A stretch of DNA of 28,340 nt, from the IMG/VR virus record IMGVR_UViG_3300011339_000373, positions 1 to 28,340 of that record. One strand, given 5' to 3'. A program made the translations under genes and the position numbers. Below, piece by piece: positions 1 through 7,624 of the stretch. The first letter of the stretch is position 1. The number at the start of each line of letters is the position of its first letter. The notes beneath the pieces are model-generated. The model saw only the letters and a program-made list of their open reading frames with translations. It was not told the origin of the DNA and did not search any database. The stretch comes from a virus. Lineage: Duplodnaviria; Caudoviricetes.

Positions 1-187
1 ACCGCCCATGTGTCGGGGTCAACACGACAGGCATGGGGGACAAGTGACTACTGTGGGAAAGCGTGAGAGAGTCACAGGGGCGGCGAAGATAGAACCCCTA
101 CGCGAACGTCTGTCGGGCATGTGCGGCTCCGTCCGAGTGTGTAGAAGGCTAGTCCCTTTCAATGGGGAGGGCTAGGCTTTGCTCACC
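1..187 (+). ncRNA. Putative multi-stem structured RNA or cis-element, probably truncated at the window start
   Basis: GC-rich with no ORF in the track. Successive stems: CCCATG-TGTCG/CGACA-CATGGG (5-37), GTGACT/AGTCAC (44-75), AGGGG/CCCCT (76-99), TCGGGC/GTCCGA (113-136), CTAGTCCCT/AGGGCTAG (149-175). Strand is inferred from the downstream genes. Confidence 0.5.
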
Positions 188-201
188 ATCCGAGTGAGGG
201 T

Positions 202-301
202 TTAGAGTAGGTAGAAGGCTATAGTAGGTAAGGGATTAGAGTAGGTAGTAATCTTTTTTTTTAGAGGGTAAGACTATGGAAGAGTTCAAGACATTTAGAG
301 G
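202..301. repeat. Short purine-rich direct repeats
   Basis: TTAGAGTAGGTAG exact at 202-214 and 236-248; TAGTAGGTA at 222-230; TTAGAGG at 261-267 and 295-301; T9 tract at 254-262. Confidence 0.6.
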
Positions 302-368
302 TTTGCTAGCTTTCATCTTTTTTTTAGCTGGCTTAGTGTTAGTGATAGCTGCATGGTGGACAACATGA
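276..368 (+). CDS. 30-aa single-pass membrane peptide (MEEFKTFRGLLAFIFFLAGLVLVIAAWWTT)
   Basis: Read manually, below the ORF-track cutoff. GAGGGT upstream, hydrophobic helix, ATGA overlap with the next gene at 365. Confidence 0.6.
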   Translation: MEEFKTFRGLLAFIFFLAGLVLVIAAWWTT

Positions 369-634
369 CAGGCTATCAAAGTAAGAAGGCTGCGGCTTTA
401 GATGAAGAAGGCTTTTTTTTAGTACATCACACGGAGAATAGAAGAATGAAAGTACAGGAAATCATTGACTACGCATACCCCAACATGATGGCAGAGAAGC
501 ACCTACAGGCTGCCCATCAAGCTATGCTTATGAAGCAGTATGACGTTGCCCTAGACCACACGGCAGAGGCCATAGCACAGGCCAACATGATGATGGATGC
601 CATACGCTCCATGCGTAAGCTGGCAGGGCATTAA
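365..634 (+). CDS. Hypothetical phage protein; possible second in-frame start at 446
   Basis: ATGA coupling at 365; GGAG at 433-436 precedes the ATG at 446. Confidence 0.65.
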   Translation: MTGYQSKKAAALDEEGFFLVHHTENRRMKVQEIIDYAYPNMMAEKHLQAAHQAMLMKQYDVALDHTAEAIAQANMMMDAIRSMRKLAGH

Positions 635-651
635 CCCCTGTCTCTTTTTTT
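622..651 (+). terminator. Intrinsic terminator candidate
   Basis: GGCAGGG-cattaac-CCCTGTC stem followed by a T7 tract, at the end of the preceding gene. Confidence 0.55.
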
Positions 652-684
652 CCACAACTTTACAAACTATTTTACAGAAAGGAC

Positions 685-740
685 TTTACTGCACATAACT
701 TTGTAGGCTTATAATCGTACCCGTGGGAAGTTCCCCACTA
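685..740 (+). promoter_or_regulatory. Possible sigma70-type promoter for the recombination operon
   Basis: Perfect TATAAT at 710-715 in an AT-rich gap, no good -35, short GTGGG/CCCAC hairpin at 723-738. Confidence 0.4.
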
Positions 741-757
741 CTTAATGAAAGTTTCAA

Positions 758-976
758 ATGACCAAATACTGTGTAAATTGCAAGCACTTCCGTCCCAAGG
801 TGGGGGACGAACATCACGAATACGCTCGCTGCTCTGTCAGTACGCGCAACAACCCCATCTCCCTTGTCACTGGTCAACCAACGTCTGCTTACCTATTGCC
901 GTATGCAGAAGTAATGCGGCTCACTGGCGAGGACAAGTGTGGCCCAGAAGCCCTATTCTTTGAGGAGCAATTCTAA
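758..976 (+). CDS. Small Cys-rich, probably Zn-binding, hypothetical protein
   Basis: CVNCKH plus two further Cys; TAATG coupling to the next gene. Confidence 0.75.
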   Translation: MTKYCVNCKHFRPKVGDEHHEYARCSVSTRNNPISLVTGQPTSAYLLPYAEVMRLTGEDKCGPEALFFEEQF

Positions 977-1872
977 TGTCTGACTTTTCCCCCCAAACCC
1001 GTAACAGTGCATGGTGGTCAGGCGATAGCCGCCTAGCTGCCCAAGGCAAAGCTAACGTGGCTATCTTGACCAAGCAGGGAAAGATGGAGCGTGAAGACCT
1101 TTCACAAGTGGAAGCTGTCCAGATGGGGCATGTGATGGAGCCGGTCATTGGAAGGCTGGCTCAATCCAAGCTAAAGGTTGAGTTGACCAAGATAGAGGAT
1201 GCCTTGACCCATCCTAAAGAAAGCTGGCTCCGTTCTCACTTTGACTTTGTAGGAAAAGAAAATGGTAAGACATTTCTGGTGGAAGCTAAGAACTACAACG
1301 CAGCAATGCGCTCTAAATTTGATGCTGATACTGGACTTATGCCAGTTGCAGATATGGCTCAAATTGTCCATGAGGCCACGGTCTATGGTTGCGATACTGT
1401 TTATCTGGCCGTGCTATTTGGTGGTCAGGAGTTCGTCCTTATTCCTCAACAAATTACTGAGCAGATGAAGGAAGACCATATAAAAGAGATGGCAGTCCTG
1501 TGGGCGCATGTAGTAAGCGGTACTGCTCTCCCCCCTGAGTCTGTTGACCAAGCAAGGGCGCTATACCCTGTGTCCTCAGAAGCTACCAAATTAGCCTCTG
1601 CAAGCGTGGAGCAAGCCGTACTCATGCTGGCGGCTATCAAGCGTGAGATTAAGGCCTTAGAAGACCGCGAAGACCAGTATCAAACGCTAGTGCAGGGTTA
1701 CATGGAAGACAAGGCAACCCTAGCATCTATAGATGGAAATGTCCTAGCTACTTGGAAGTCTGCCAAGTCATCTATGAAGTTTGACTCTAAGCTGTTTGAA
1801 AGTGCTATGCCTGACATTTACCGCCAGTTTGTGCGGGAGATGCCCGGTAGCCGCCGTTTCCTGATTAAGTGA
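976..1872 (+). CDS. YqaJ/lambda-exonuclease-like viral recombination exonuclease
   Basis: Motifs GHVMEPVI, HPKESWLRSHFD, LVEAK, Q..H, YLAVLFGGQEF; C-terminal coiled coil and LATWK...SRRFLIK tail typical of long YqaJ-like proteins. Confidence 0.88.
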   Translation: MSDFSPQTRNSAWWSGDSRLAAQGKANVAILTKQGKMEREDLSQVEAVQMGHVMEPVIGRLAQSKLKVELTKIEDALTHPKESWLRSHFDFVGKENGKTFLVEAKNYNAAMRSKFDADTGLMPVADMAQIVHEATVYGCDTVYLAVLFGGQEFVLIPQQITEQMKEDHIKEMAVLWAHVVSGTALPPESVDQARALYPVSSEATKLASASVEQAVLMLAAIKREIKALEDREDQYQTLVQGYMEDKATLASIDGNVLATWKSAKSSMKFDSKLFESAMPDIYRQFVREMPGSRRFLIK

Positions 1873-1880
1873 GGTTCACT

Positions 1881-2072
1881 ATGTTTATGTTTTCTAATGA
1901 AAAGAATCGTCTGCTTGATGAGGTAGAAACTCTGCGAGGCCGTGTTGCGGTGCTGGAATCTTACATACGCAATCTGAAGCTAAAGGATTGGGAAATTGAG
2001 AAGCAACATCGTTACGGGTCAAAGCTGGACGGCACACCGAAAGCAAAGCCGGGAAGGAAACCAAGTAAATGA
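1881..2072 (+). CDS. Hypothetical coiled-coil protein with basic DGTPKAKPGRKP tail
   Basis: GAGGT RBS before ATG 1881; overlaps the next start. Confidence 0.7.
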   Translation: MFMFSNEKNRLLDEVETLRGRVAVLESYIRNLKLKDWEIEKQHRYGSKLDGTPKAKPGRKPSK

Positions 2073-2278
2073 TAGACAAAGCCTATCCCTTTTCCCACAA
2101 GCATCCTACTACTGGACTAACCACCAGCAGCGAGGGAATGGACTTGCGAGACATATTTGCTATCGCAGCATTGCCTGTGGTGCATGAAATTAGTGGTGGG
2201 TTCTACCGCAAGAAAGCGGAAGATGCCTACCGATTAGCAGATGAAATGATGAGAGCAAGGAGAAAGACAAATGAGTAA
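2069..2278 (+). CDS. Hypothetical phage protein of the GMxLRDxFA...AYxLADxM type
   Basis: Recurrent small phage protein motif; overlaps both neighbours. Confidence 0.75.
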   Translation: MIDKAYPFSHKHPTTGLTTSSEGMDLRDIFAIAALPVVHEISGGFYRKKAEDAYRLADEMMRARRKTNE

Positions 2279-3107
2279 TATTATTCCCTACAACGACATG
2301 CAACAGATGGCAGAGGTAGCTGCCAGTAGCAAGATGTTTGGGTTCAAGAACCCGCAAGAGGCATTAGCAATCATGTTGCTGTGCCAAGGCGAAGGACTGC
2401 ACCCTGCTATCGCTATGCGTGACTATCACGTTATCCAAGGCCGTCCAGCACTGAAAGCAGATGCCATGCTTGCTAGATTCCAGCAAGCTGGTGGTGCAGT
2501 CAAGTGGGATGTCTACACTGACCAAGAGGTGACAGGCACGTTCTCACACCCTTCTGGTGGCAGCTTGGCTGTAACGTGGACTCTTACCCATGCCAAACAG
2601 ATAGGGATAGCTTCTAAAGATAACTGGAAGAACTATCCCCGTGCCATGCTCCGTGCGCGGTGTATCTCAGAAGGCATCCGTGCTGTCTATCCCGGCTGCG
2701 TGGTGGGTGTCTACACCCCGGAAGAGGTACAAGACTTCCAGCCAGCCCCTGTCGGTAAAGACATGGGAATGGTAGAGGAAGTAATAGCAGAACCAGACGG
2801 GGCTTTTGAACTATTTGTTCCCGGCAATGATGAGGCTTACAACCGCTTCCATACTGTTGAGCAATGGCTGGAGGCTTACGTCACTATGGTGGCCCGTATC
2901 ACTAAGTCTGCCAAGATGGATGAGGAACTGAAAGCAGAGAAGATTGATGGCCTCAAGGCTTGCAACATGAACATGCTGGACTCTCTGGACAACATGCTCA
3001 AGGTCAAGATGAAGGGCATGTTAGTCACTGCTGGAGTGTCTGTTAGCCCAAAGCCGGATACGCCCCCTCTAAGTCCCGGAGTGGTACACAGCGTGACAAT
3101 ATCCTAA
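2271..3107 (+). CDS. RecT/Redbeta-like single-strand annealing protein
   Basis: HVIQGRPALKADAM and NWKNYPRAMLRARCISEGIRAVYP...GVYTPEE motifs; adjacent to a YqaJ-like exonuclease. Confidence 0.8.
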   Translation: MSNIIPYNDMQQMAEVAASSKMFGFKNPQEALAIMLLCQGEGLHPAIAMRDYHVIQGRPALKADAMLARFQQAGGAVKWDVYTDQEVTGTFSHPSGGSLAVTWTLTHAKQIGIASKDNWKNYPRAMLRARCISEGIRAVYPGCVVGVYTPEEVQDFQPAPVGKDMGMVEEVIAEPDGAFELFVPGNDEAYNRFHTVEQWLEAYVTMVARITKSAKMDEELKAEKIDGLKACNMNMLDSLDNMLKVKMKGMLVTAGVSVSPKPDTPPLSPGVVHSVTIS

Positions 3108-3286
3108 GACACTTGGAAGCTGGCAAGGCAATCTCTCCTATAGAGGCACTGAATTTATACGGGAGTTTTCGCCTTGCTGCTCACATAGAAGTGTTGCGGA
3201 GAGAGGGATACAACATCTTTACCCACATGGTCAAGGCCAATGGTAAAGAGTACGCAAGTTATACGTTAACGAAAGGAAGAGTATGA
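3047..3286 (+). CDS. Winged helix-turn-helix domain (HTH_39-like) with no start codon of its own; probably expressed by -1 frameshift from the annealase
   Basis: Manual translation gives ...TQRDNILRHLEAGKAISPIEALNLYGSFRLAAHIEVLRREGYNIFTHMVKANGKEYASYTLTKGRV*. It fills the 3108-3282 gap and its stop overlaps the next ATG (ATGA). Confidence 0.8.
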   Translation, partial: PKAGYAPSKSRSGTQRDNILRHLEAGKAISPIEALNLYGSFRLAAHIEVLRREGYNIFTHMVKANGKEYASYTLTKGRV

Positions 3287-3603
3287 GCAATCAACATCGT
3301 GAGATGCCAGGGTCAGGAGTGGCCTACTGGGAAGAGGAAAAAAAGTCAGAGAAGGGGCCAGACTACAAAGGCTTCATAGTCCTAGAGATGGACTACAAAG
3401 CTGGAGAGAAGCTGAAGTTTGCCGTCTGGCAGCGCCCTACTTCCAAAGGCACAACCCTGCTGTCTTTCAAGGAAGACAACTGGACTAAGCGTAAGAAGGC
3501 AGAGGAGCATGAGGCTCATCGTTCAGAGGTTGTCGAGGTGGTTCCAGCTTACCGCAAGCATGTTCAGCCTAGCCGTGTTGATGACGATGACGTACCCTTC
3601 TGA
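3283..3603 (+). CDS. Putative single-stranded DNA-binding protein
   Basis: K-x-PDYKG motif, acidic C-terminal DDDDVPF tail typical of SSBs, recombination-module context. Confidence 0.7.
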   Translation: MSNQHREMPGSGVAYWEEEKKSEKGPDYKGFIVLEMDYKAGEKLKFAVWQRPTSKGTTLLSFKEDNWTKRKKAEEHEAHRSEVVEVVPAYRKHVQPSRVDDDDVPF

Positions 3604-3923
3604 TGGCAAAGGAGTCACCCACCAGTAGGACGCTGGCAGTCTTGCGAGAGCAAGGTTACACAGTAGCTATCGTAGAGAAGTGGAACCCACACGCACGAAT
3701 ACGACAGGACTTGTTTGGCTTCATAGACATATTGGCTATCAAGCGGGATGAGACTCTGGCAGTGCAAGCTACAGCGTCCGGGGTGAGTGACAGGATAAAG
3801 AAGATTATGGCTAGTGAACTTTTACCGAAAGTGAGGGAAGCGGGATGGAAGATACAAGTGTGGGGCTGGCGCAAGTCAGCGAAGACAAACAAGTATGTAC
3901 TCAGGATAGAGGACATATCGTAG
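3603..3923 (+). CDS. PD-(D/E)XK nuclease, Holliday-junction-resolvase-like
   Basis: LREQGYTV...DLFGFIDILAI...LAVQAT pattern. Confidence 0.7.
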   Translation: MAKESPTSRTLAVLREQGYTVAIVEKWNPHARIRQDLFGFIDILAIKRDETLAVQATASGVSDRIKKIMASELLPKVREAGWKIQVWGWRKSAKTNKYVLRIEDIS

Positions 3924-3934
3924 AACTTATCAAC

Positions 3935-4012
3935 ATGTCTATCCAACAACTGTGGGATATGGCATACAAGGCCGGGTTTGAAGACGGCATGACTTTTATT
4001 TCTAAGGATTAA
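3935..4012 (+). CDS. Tiny ORF MSIQQLWDMAYKAGFEDGMTFISKD; alternative in-frame start at 3845
   Basis: Fills the gap and ends 2 nt before the next ATG; AYxAGFEDG motif. Confidence 0.4.
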   Translation: MSIQQLWDMAYKAGFEDGMTFISKD

Positions 4013-4014
4013 TC

Positions 4015-4827
4015 ATGGCAAAAGGTGGATTGGTAGTGAAAAAGGCATCAACAAAGGTTGCAGCTAAGAAGGTAAAAGAGCCGGTAAAGCCCCATATCTT
4101 TGTGGCTACGCCTATGTATGGAGGTATGTGTACAGGATACTTCTGTAACTCATTGATTAACATGACAAATGTTATGAAGAATGTTGGATGGGATATGTCC
4201 TTCTCTAGCATGTTTAATGAGTCTCTCATCCAGCGTGGACGCAACGCTCTTGTCCACCAGTATCTGAAGACACCTTGCACCCATCTATTGTTCATTGACG
4301 CAGACATTAAGTTTGATGCCAACGACATTCCCTTGATGGTGCAAGCAGACAAGGACATCATCTGCGGCATCTACCCTAAGAAAGAAATCAACTGGCACGG
4401 GGTAGAGCAAGCAGTCAAGCAGGGTGTACCGCCGCAAGAACTCTCTAAGCGTACAGGTGCGCTGGTGGTTAACCTAGTGGGCTATCAAGGGGCCGTAACT
4501 GTCCCTGCGGACAAACCTGTAGAGATATGGGCTGGTGGTACTGGCTTTATGCTTATCAAGCGCCGTGTGTTTGACAAGCTGAAGAAGAAGGTAAATGCCT
4601 ACAACAATGATGTGGCTGTCCTGTCCAACACTATCCAGCCAGCAGAACGCATTACTGAATACTTTGCTTGCAGTATTGAGCCGGGTACAGAGCGTCTACT
4701 GTCAGAGGACTATCACTTCTGCCGGGTAGCGAGAGAGAACGGCATCAAGATACACGCAGCGCCGTGGGTACGTCTGGGCCACTTTGGAACATATCTTTTT
4801 GAGGGCGGCTTGCTGCCAGCACCATGA
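4015..4827 (+). CDS. GT-A fold glycosyltransferase-like protein
   Basis: IFVATPMYGG, ESLIQRGRN, THLLFIDADI (DxD), GTGFMLIKR, LSEDYHFC, LGHFG. Confidence 0.85.
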   Translation: MAKGGLVVKKASTKVAAKKVKEPVKPHIFVATPMYGGMCTGYFCNSLINMTNVMKNVGWDMSFSSMFNESLIQRGRNALVHQYLKTPCTHLLFIDADIKFDANDIPLMVQADKDIICGIYPKKEINWHGVEQAVKQGVPPQELSKRTGALVVNLVGYQGAVTVPADKPVEIWAGGTGFMLIKRRVFDKLKKKVNAYNNDVAVLSNTIQPAERITEYFACSIEPGTERLLSEDYHFCRVARENGIKIHAAPWVRLGHFGTYLFEGGLLPAP

Positions 4828-5381
4828 AATTCTCACAAGATTGGTTTACTGAAAACATTCCCAACTTTGAGGCTTGCGCTGCCAAGCTGCCAAGCAACAG
4901 TTCATTCTTAGAGATAGGAAGTTTTGAGGGCATGTCAACGTGTTGGATGCTCCAGAACATGCTGTCCTATGATGGTGAACTGGTCTGCGTGGATACCTTT
5001 GATGGGGGGGATGAATACGCTGGTATTGACCTTTCTGACCTACGCACTACCTTTGACTCTAACGTGGAAGAAGCAGCAGATGAGAACCAATCCATAGAGG
5101 TCTTAGCCAAGACTTCTTGGGAGGCTTTGAGCGAGTTGGTGTATTTGGATTTCACGTTTGATTTCATTTATCTGGATGGCAGCCACAAAACACCAGAGGT
5201 TCTGTTAGATGCTTGTCTTGCATTTAAGTTGTTAGAGCCAAAAGGCGTAATGCTTTTTGACGATTACGGCGGTGGTGCTGGCGTAGGTGCAGCAGTAGAT
5301 GCCTTCTTAGAGGCATACAAGGGGCAGTACAAAGTAATTCTAAAGAATTACCAGTTAGCCATTCAGAAGACTAGCGTTTAG
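4824..5381 (+). CDS. Class I SAM-dependent methyltransferase (Methyltransf_24-like)
   Basis: LEIGSFEG, CVDTF, FDFIYLDGSH, GVMLFDDY motifs. Confidence 0.88.
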   Translation: MKFSQDWFTENIPNFEACAAKLPSNSSFLEIGSFEGMSTCWMLQNMLSYDGELVCVDTFDGGDEYAGIDLSDLRTTFDSNVEEAADENQSIEVLAKTSWEALSELVYLDFTFDFIYLDGSHKTPEVLLDACLAFKLLEPKGVMLFDDYGGGAGVGAAVDAFLEAYKGQYKVILKNYQLAIQKTSV

Positions 5382-5514
5382 CTGTCTTGGCTGCTTTGCG
5401 AAAAGATGCGGCAGTAGGGTAACCTTTCTGTCCGGGTCTTTTTGCTGGCAGACCAGCTTTCCTACGTTTGTTGATGTTGTAGTACAACCCACGCTTTGCT
5501 TTTGGTTTTTTCAT
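5371..5514 (-). CDS. 47-aa highly basic protein (MKKPKAKRGLYYNINKRRKAG...AAKTAKR)
   Basis: Read manually. ATGA coupling to the upstream gene; last gene of the - arm; overlaps the methyltransferase 3' end by 11 nt. Confidence 0.75.
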   Translation of the reverse strand: MKKPKAKRGLYYNINKRRKAGLPAKRPGQKGYPTAASFRKAAKTAKR

Positions 5515-5738
5515 CTGCATCCCCAACGTTTTCTAGCGGCCTTGCCACGTTCACCTGTCCAGCTTTTAGACCGGGCGCAGAAGGACTTGTGACGGGGGCC
5601 AGACTTAGTAGGTGCTTTCAAGTTACTACCTGTAGCCCTATTTGCCTTTGCCCTACCCTTGGCGGTAAGACCACCACCTTTTTTGACAGATAGCTTTTCG
5701 CCTCTGCCAACAGAAAGATTAGGGAACTTCTTTTTCAT
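5511..5738 (-). CDS. Small basic phage protein (DUF6321-like)
   Basis: GGLTAKGR...GSNLKAP...KSFCAR...WGC motif; coupled overlaps. Confidence 0.75.
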   Translation of the reverse strand: MKKKFPNLSVGRGEKLSVKKGGGLTAKGRAKANRATGSNLKAPTKSGPRHKSFCARSKSWTGERGKAARKRWGCR

Positions 5739-6073
5739 ACATTCCTTTCAAAGTGTGGGCAGTCCACAAGGCTTTTAAAGTTACCACCCCACCTATTTTT
5801 AGGGTACAGGCTTTCCCAATAAGCGCCAATAGGGGCAAGTATGCCCTTGTCCCAGATTATCTTTCCATCTTTAAAGAAGTTCAAGTCTATGGCGCAGCGT
5901 TTCAAGTGGATGGAATCCATAGTCTTGGAGCGCCCGGTCTTGAAGTAGATAGCCTGTTGTTCTGGAGTACGGGCTAGTTCACCACCAGTGACTACAAAAC
6001 CTTGGTCTGTGGCGTACTGGATGAGTTTGCACATGTCTAGCAAGAAGGCTGCTTGCTCTTGAGATAGGCTCAT
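5735..6073 (-). CDS. Endolysin, peptidase M15 family
   Basis: R-TPEQQ, SIHLKRCAID (SxHxxxxAxD), WGGNF...DCPHFE zinc-binding motifs. Confidence 0.88.
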   Translation of the reverse strand: MSLSQEQAAFLLDMCKLIQYATDQGFVVTGGELARTPEQQAIYFKTGRSKTMDSIHLKRCAIDLNFFKDGKIIWDKGILAPIGAYWESLYPKNRWGGNFKSLVDCPHFERNV

Positions 6074-6582
6074 TTTGCACCCCTTATGTCTGCAAGTTTC
6101 TCAATGGTTCTGCCTCCAAAGTAGGCTCCCATGATGAGCATTCCCCAATTGCCAAGCAGGGTGACGTAGCTTTGATTAGCATTTAAACCAAACGCTGACA
6201 TCATTGCAAACAAGAAATAGCCCATAAAAATGGCTACAAGGCTCAAGGGCCGTATGTTTTTGGACAACCAAGAGTCTGAACCCATATCTGATTTCCAGCG
6301 GTCAGATACGTTGTTGTCTTCATTTTGTGCTGCTTGTGCAAAGACTTTTAGGGTATCTAGTTCCATCCGGGCTTTTTGGATGCCAAGTTCTATCAGACGC
6401 TCTTCATGGTCAAATTGAAGCTGGCGCAGCTTGGCAACATCTTCCGGGGTAGGAGCATCTGGAATCTTGATGCCGAACGTGTTTTCAACTACTTCCTTGC
6501 CCTTGGCTTGAAGAGCAGAGGACAACAGTCCTAGACCGTTCTCAGCAAGGGTTCCAAGCAATGACGCGACTATAGGAATCAT
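6070..6582 (-). CDS. Putative holin (3TM gene-transfer-release type)
   Basis: SDSWLSKNIRP followed by hydrophobic helices and YFGGRTIEK; next to the endolysin; start at 6582 by TGATG coupling. Confidence 0.75.
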   Translation of the reverse strand: MIPIVASLLGTLAENGLGLLSSALQAKGKEVVENTFGIKIPDAPTPEDVAKLRQLQFDHEERLIELGIQKARMELDTLKVFAQAAQNEDNNVSDRWKSDMGSDSWLSKNIRPLSLVAIFMGYFLFAMMSAFGLNANQSYVTLLGNWGMLIMGAYFGGRTIEKLADIRGAK

Positions 6583-7055
6583 CAATGTTTCTCCATCAAT
6601 ATGGTAAGCCACCAGACACTAAATCCCAGCACTAGTAAGACTATCCCACCACCTAGCAGCCAGTTCATTATTTCGTCTAGTTCCTCTTTTTTTTTCTTAG
6701 CATTTTTCTCATCTAAGATTTCTTGCTTCTTGCGGCGTTGCTGTATGTTGTTGCGCTCAATCAGAAGCTGCTGCCAGAGGTCTGCGTGACCAGAGAGAAC
6801 CATCCACTGATTCAATTCTTTCTCAGCGTCATCCAGCCGCTTGGCATTCATGACAATCTCAAAAGCCTGTGCAGTGTCAGACTTGGCAAAGATAGACTTA
6901 GGCTTAGATGCTTCCCTTTGGACAATATCCTTGGCCTCAAAGAAGCGCATCATCTCCCCGCTGATAGCGTGGATGTCTTTGCCCATTTTGATTGCTGCTT
7001 GAACCCCTTTTATTGCGGCTTGGGCTGTCGCAAAAGCTGTGATGGGGTCAATCAC
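6582..7055 (-). CDS. Hypothetical protein with coiled coil and C-terminal TM helix
   Basis: MIDPITAFA N-terminus, C-terminal hydrophobic segment, adjacent to lysis genes. Confidence 0.75.
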   Translation of the reverse strand: MIDPITAFATAQAAIKGVQAAIKMGKDIHAISGEMMRFFEAKDIVQREASKPKSIFAKSDTAQAFEIVMNAKRLDDAEKELNQWMVLSGHADLWQQLLIERNNIQQRRKKQEILDEKNAKKKKEELDEIMNWLLGGGIVLLVLGFSVWWLTILMEKH

Positions 7056-7064
7056 AGTTACACC

Positions 7065-7415
7065 TTATACGCCTTCACCCGGTACAAAGTAGCATTCAGA
7101 AGCAGCTTCACCAATGAACGCAATGTACATAGGAGTAGAACTAAATTGGTAAGGTACGGTAAAGACTCTGGTACTTGCTGGCACAGAAACCAATGCGTAT
7201 TGCGGAGAACCGTTTGCTGGCACAGTGCAAGTAACGCTAGAGTTTGCGCTCACAACAAAGTAAGCCGGTTGTCCAGTAGCACCAGAAGGCTGGTGATTAA
7301 ACACCATTAGCTGATTGCATGGGCTATCAGCAGTGATGGTAATGGTTTGGGAAGCCGTAGTGACATTAGCCTTATACGTCTTTCCTTGGGCTTGGAAAGC
7401 GATATTGTTAGCCAT
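7065..7415 (-). CDS. Small beta-rich virion protein candidate; paralog of 15103-15432
   Basis: Start MANNIAF by TAATG coupling; C-terminal YFVPGEGV. Confidence 0.7.
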   Translation of the reverse strand: MANNIAFQAQGKTYKANVTTASQTITITADSPCNQLMVFNHQPSGATGQPAYFVVSANSSVTCTVPANGSPQYALVSVPASTRVFTVPYQFSSTPMYIAFIGEAASECYFVPGEGV

Positions 7416-7624
7416 TAGTACACCTTGCACCCGCCGCCAGAAGTGGGGCTTTTCTTAGTGTCATAACTAGGTGTTTCTGAGAAGTCAAACACAGCGCGAT
7501 AACCACCTTTAGGAAGCTGACCCGGCTCCCAACGTTCCATGCCTTTGCTGCCGTCACGGGGCAACTGAGGACGGGTTGACTTAGCTATCTGCTGATTGAT
7601 GTCGTGAGGACGTTGTACTGACAT
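7415..7624 (-). CDS. Hypothetical protein
   Basis: AAGGAG RBS; coupled to the downstream gene. Confidence 0.65.
   Translation of the reverse strand: MSVQRPHDINQQIAKSTRPQLPRDGSKGMERWEPGQLPKGGYRAVFDFSETPSYDTKKSPTSGGGCKVY

Noticed and set aside
3113-3286. Independent TTG start for the HTH ORF
   Set aside because: It would remove most of the first helix and has no convincing RBS at the right spacing; the frameshift explains the layout better
6723-7310. 195-aa + strand ORF
   Set aside because: Antisense across two well-coupled - strand genes
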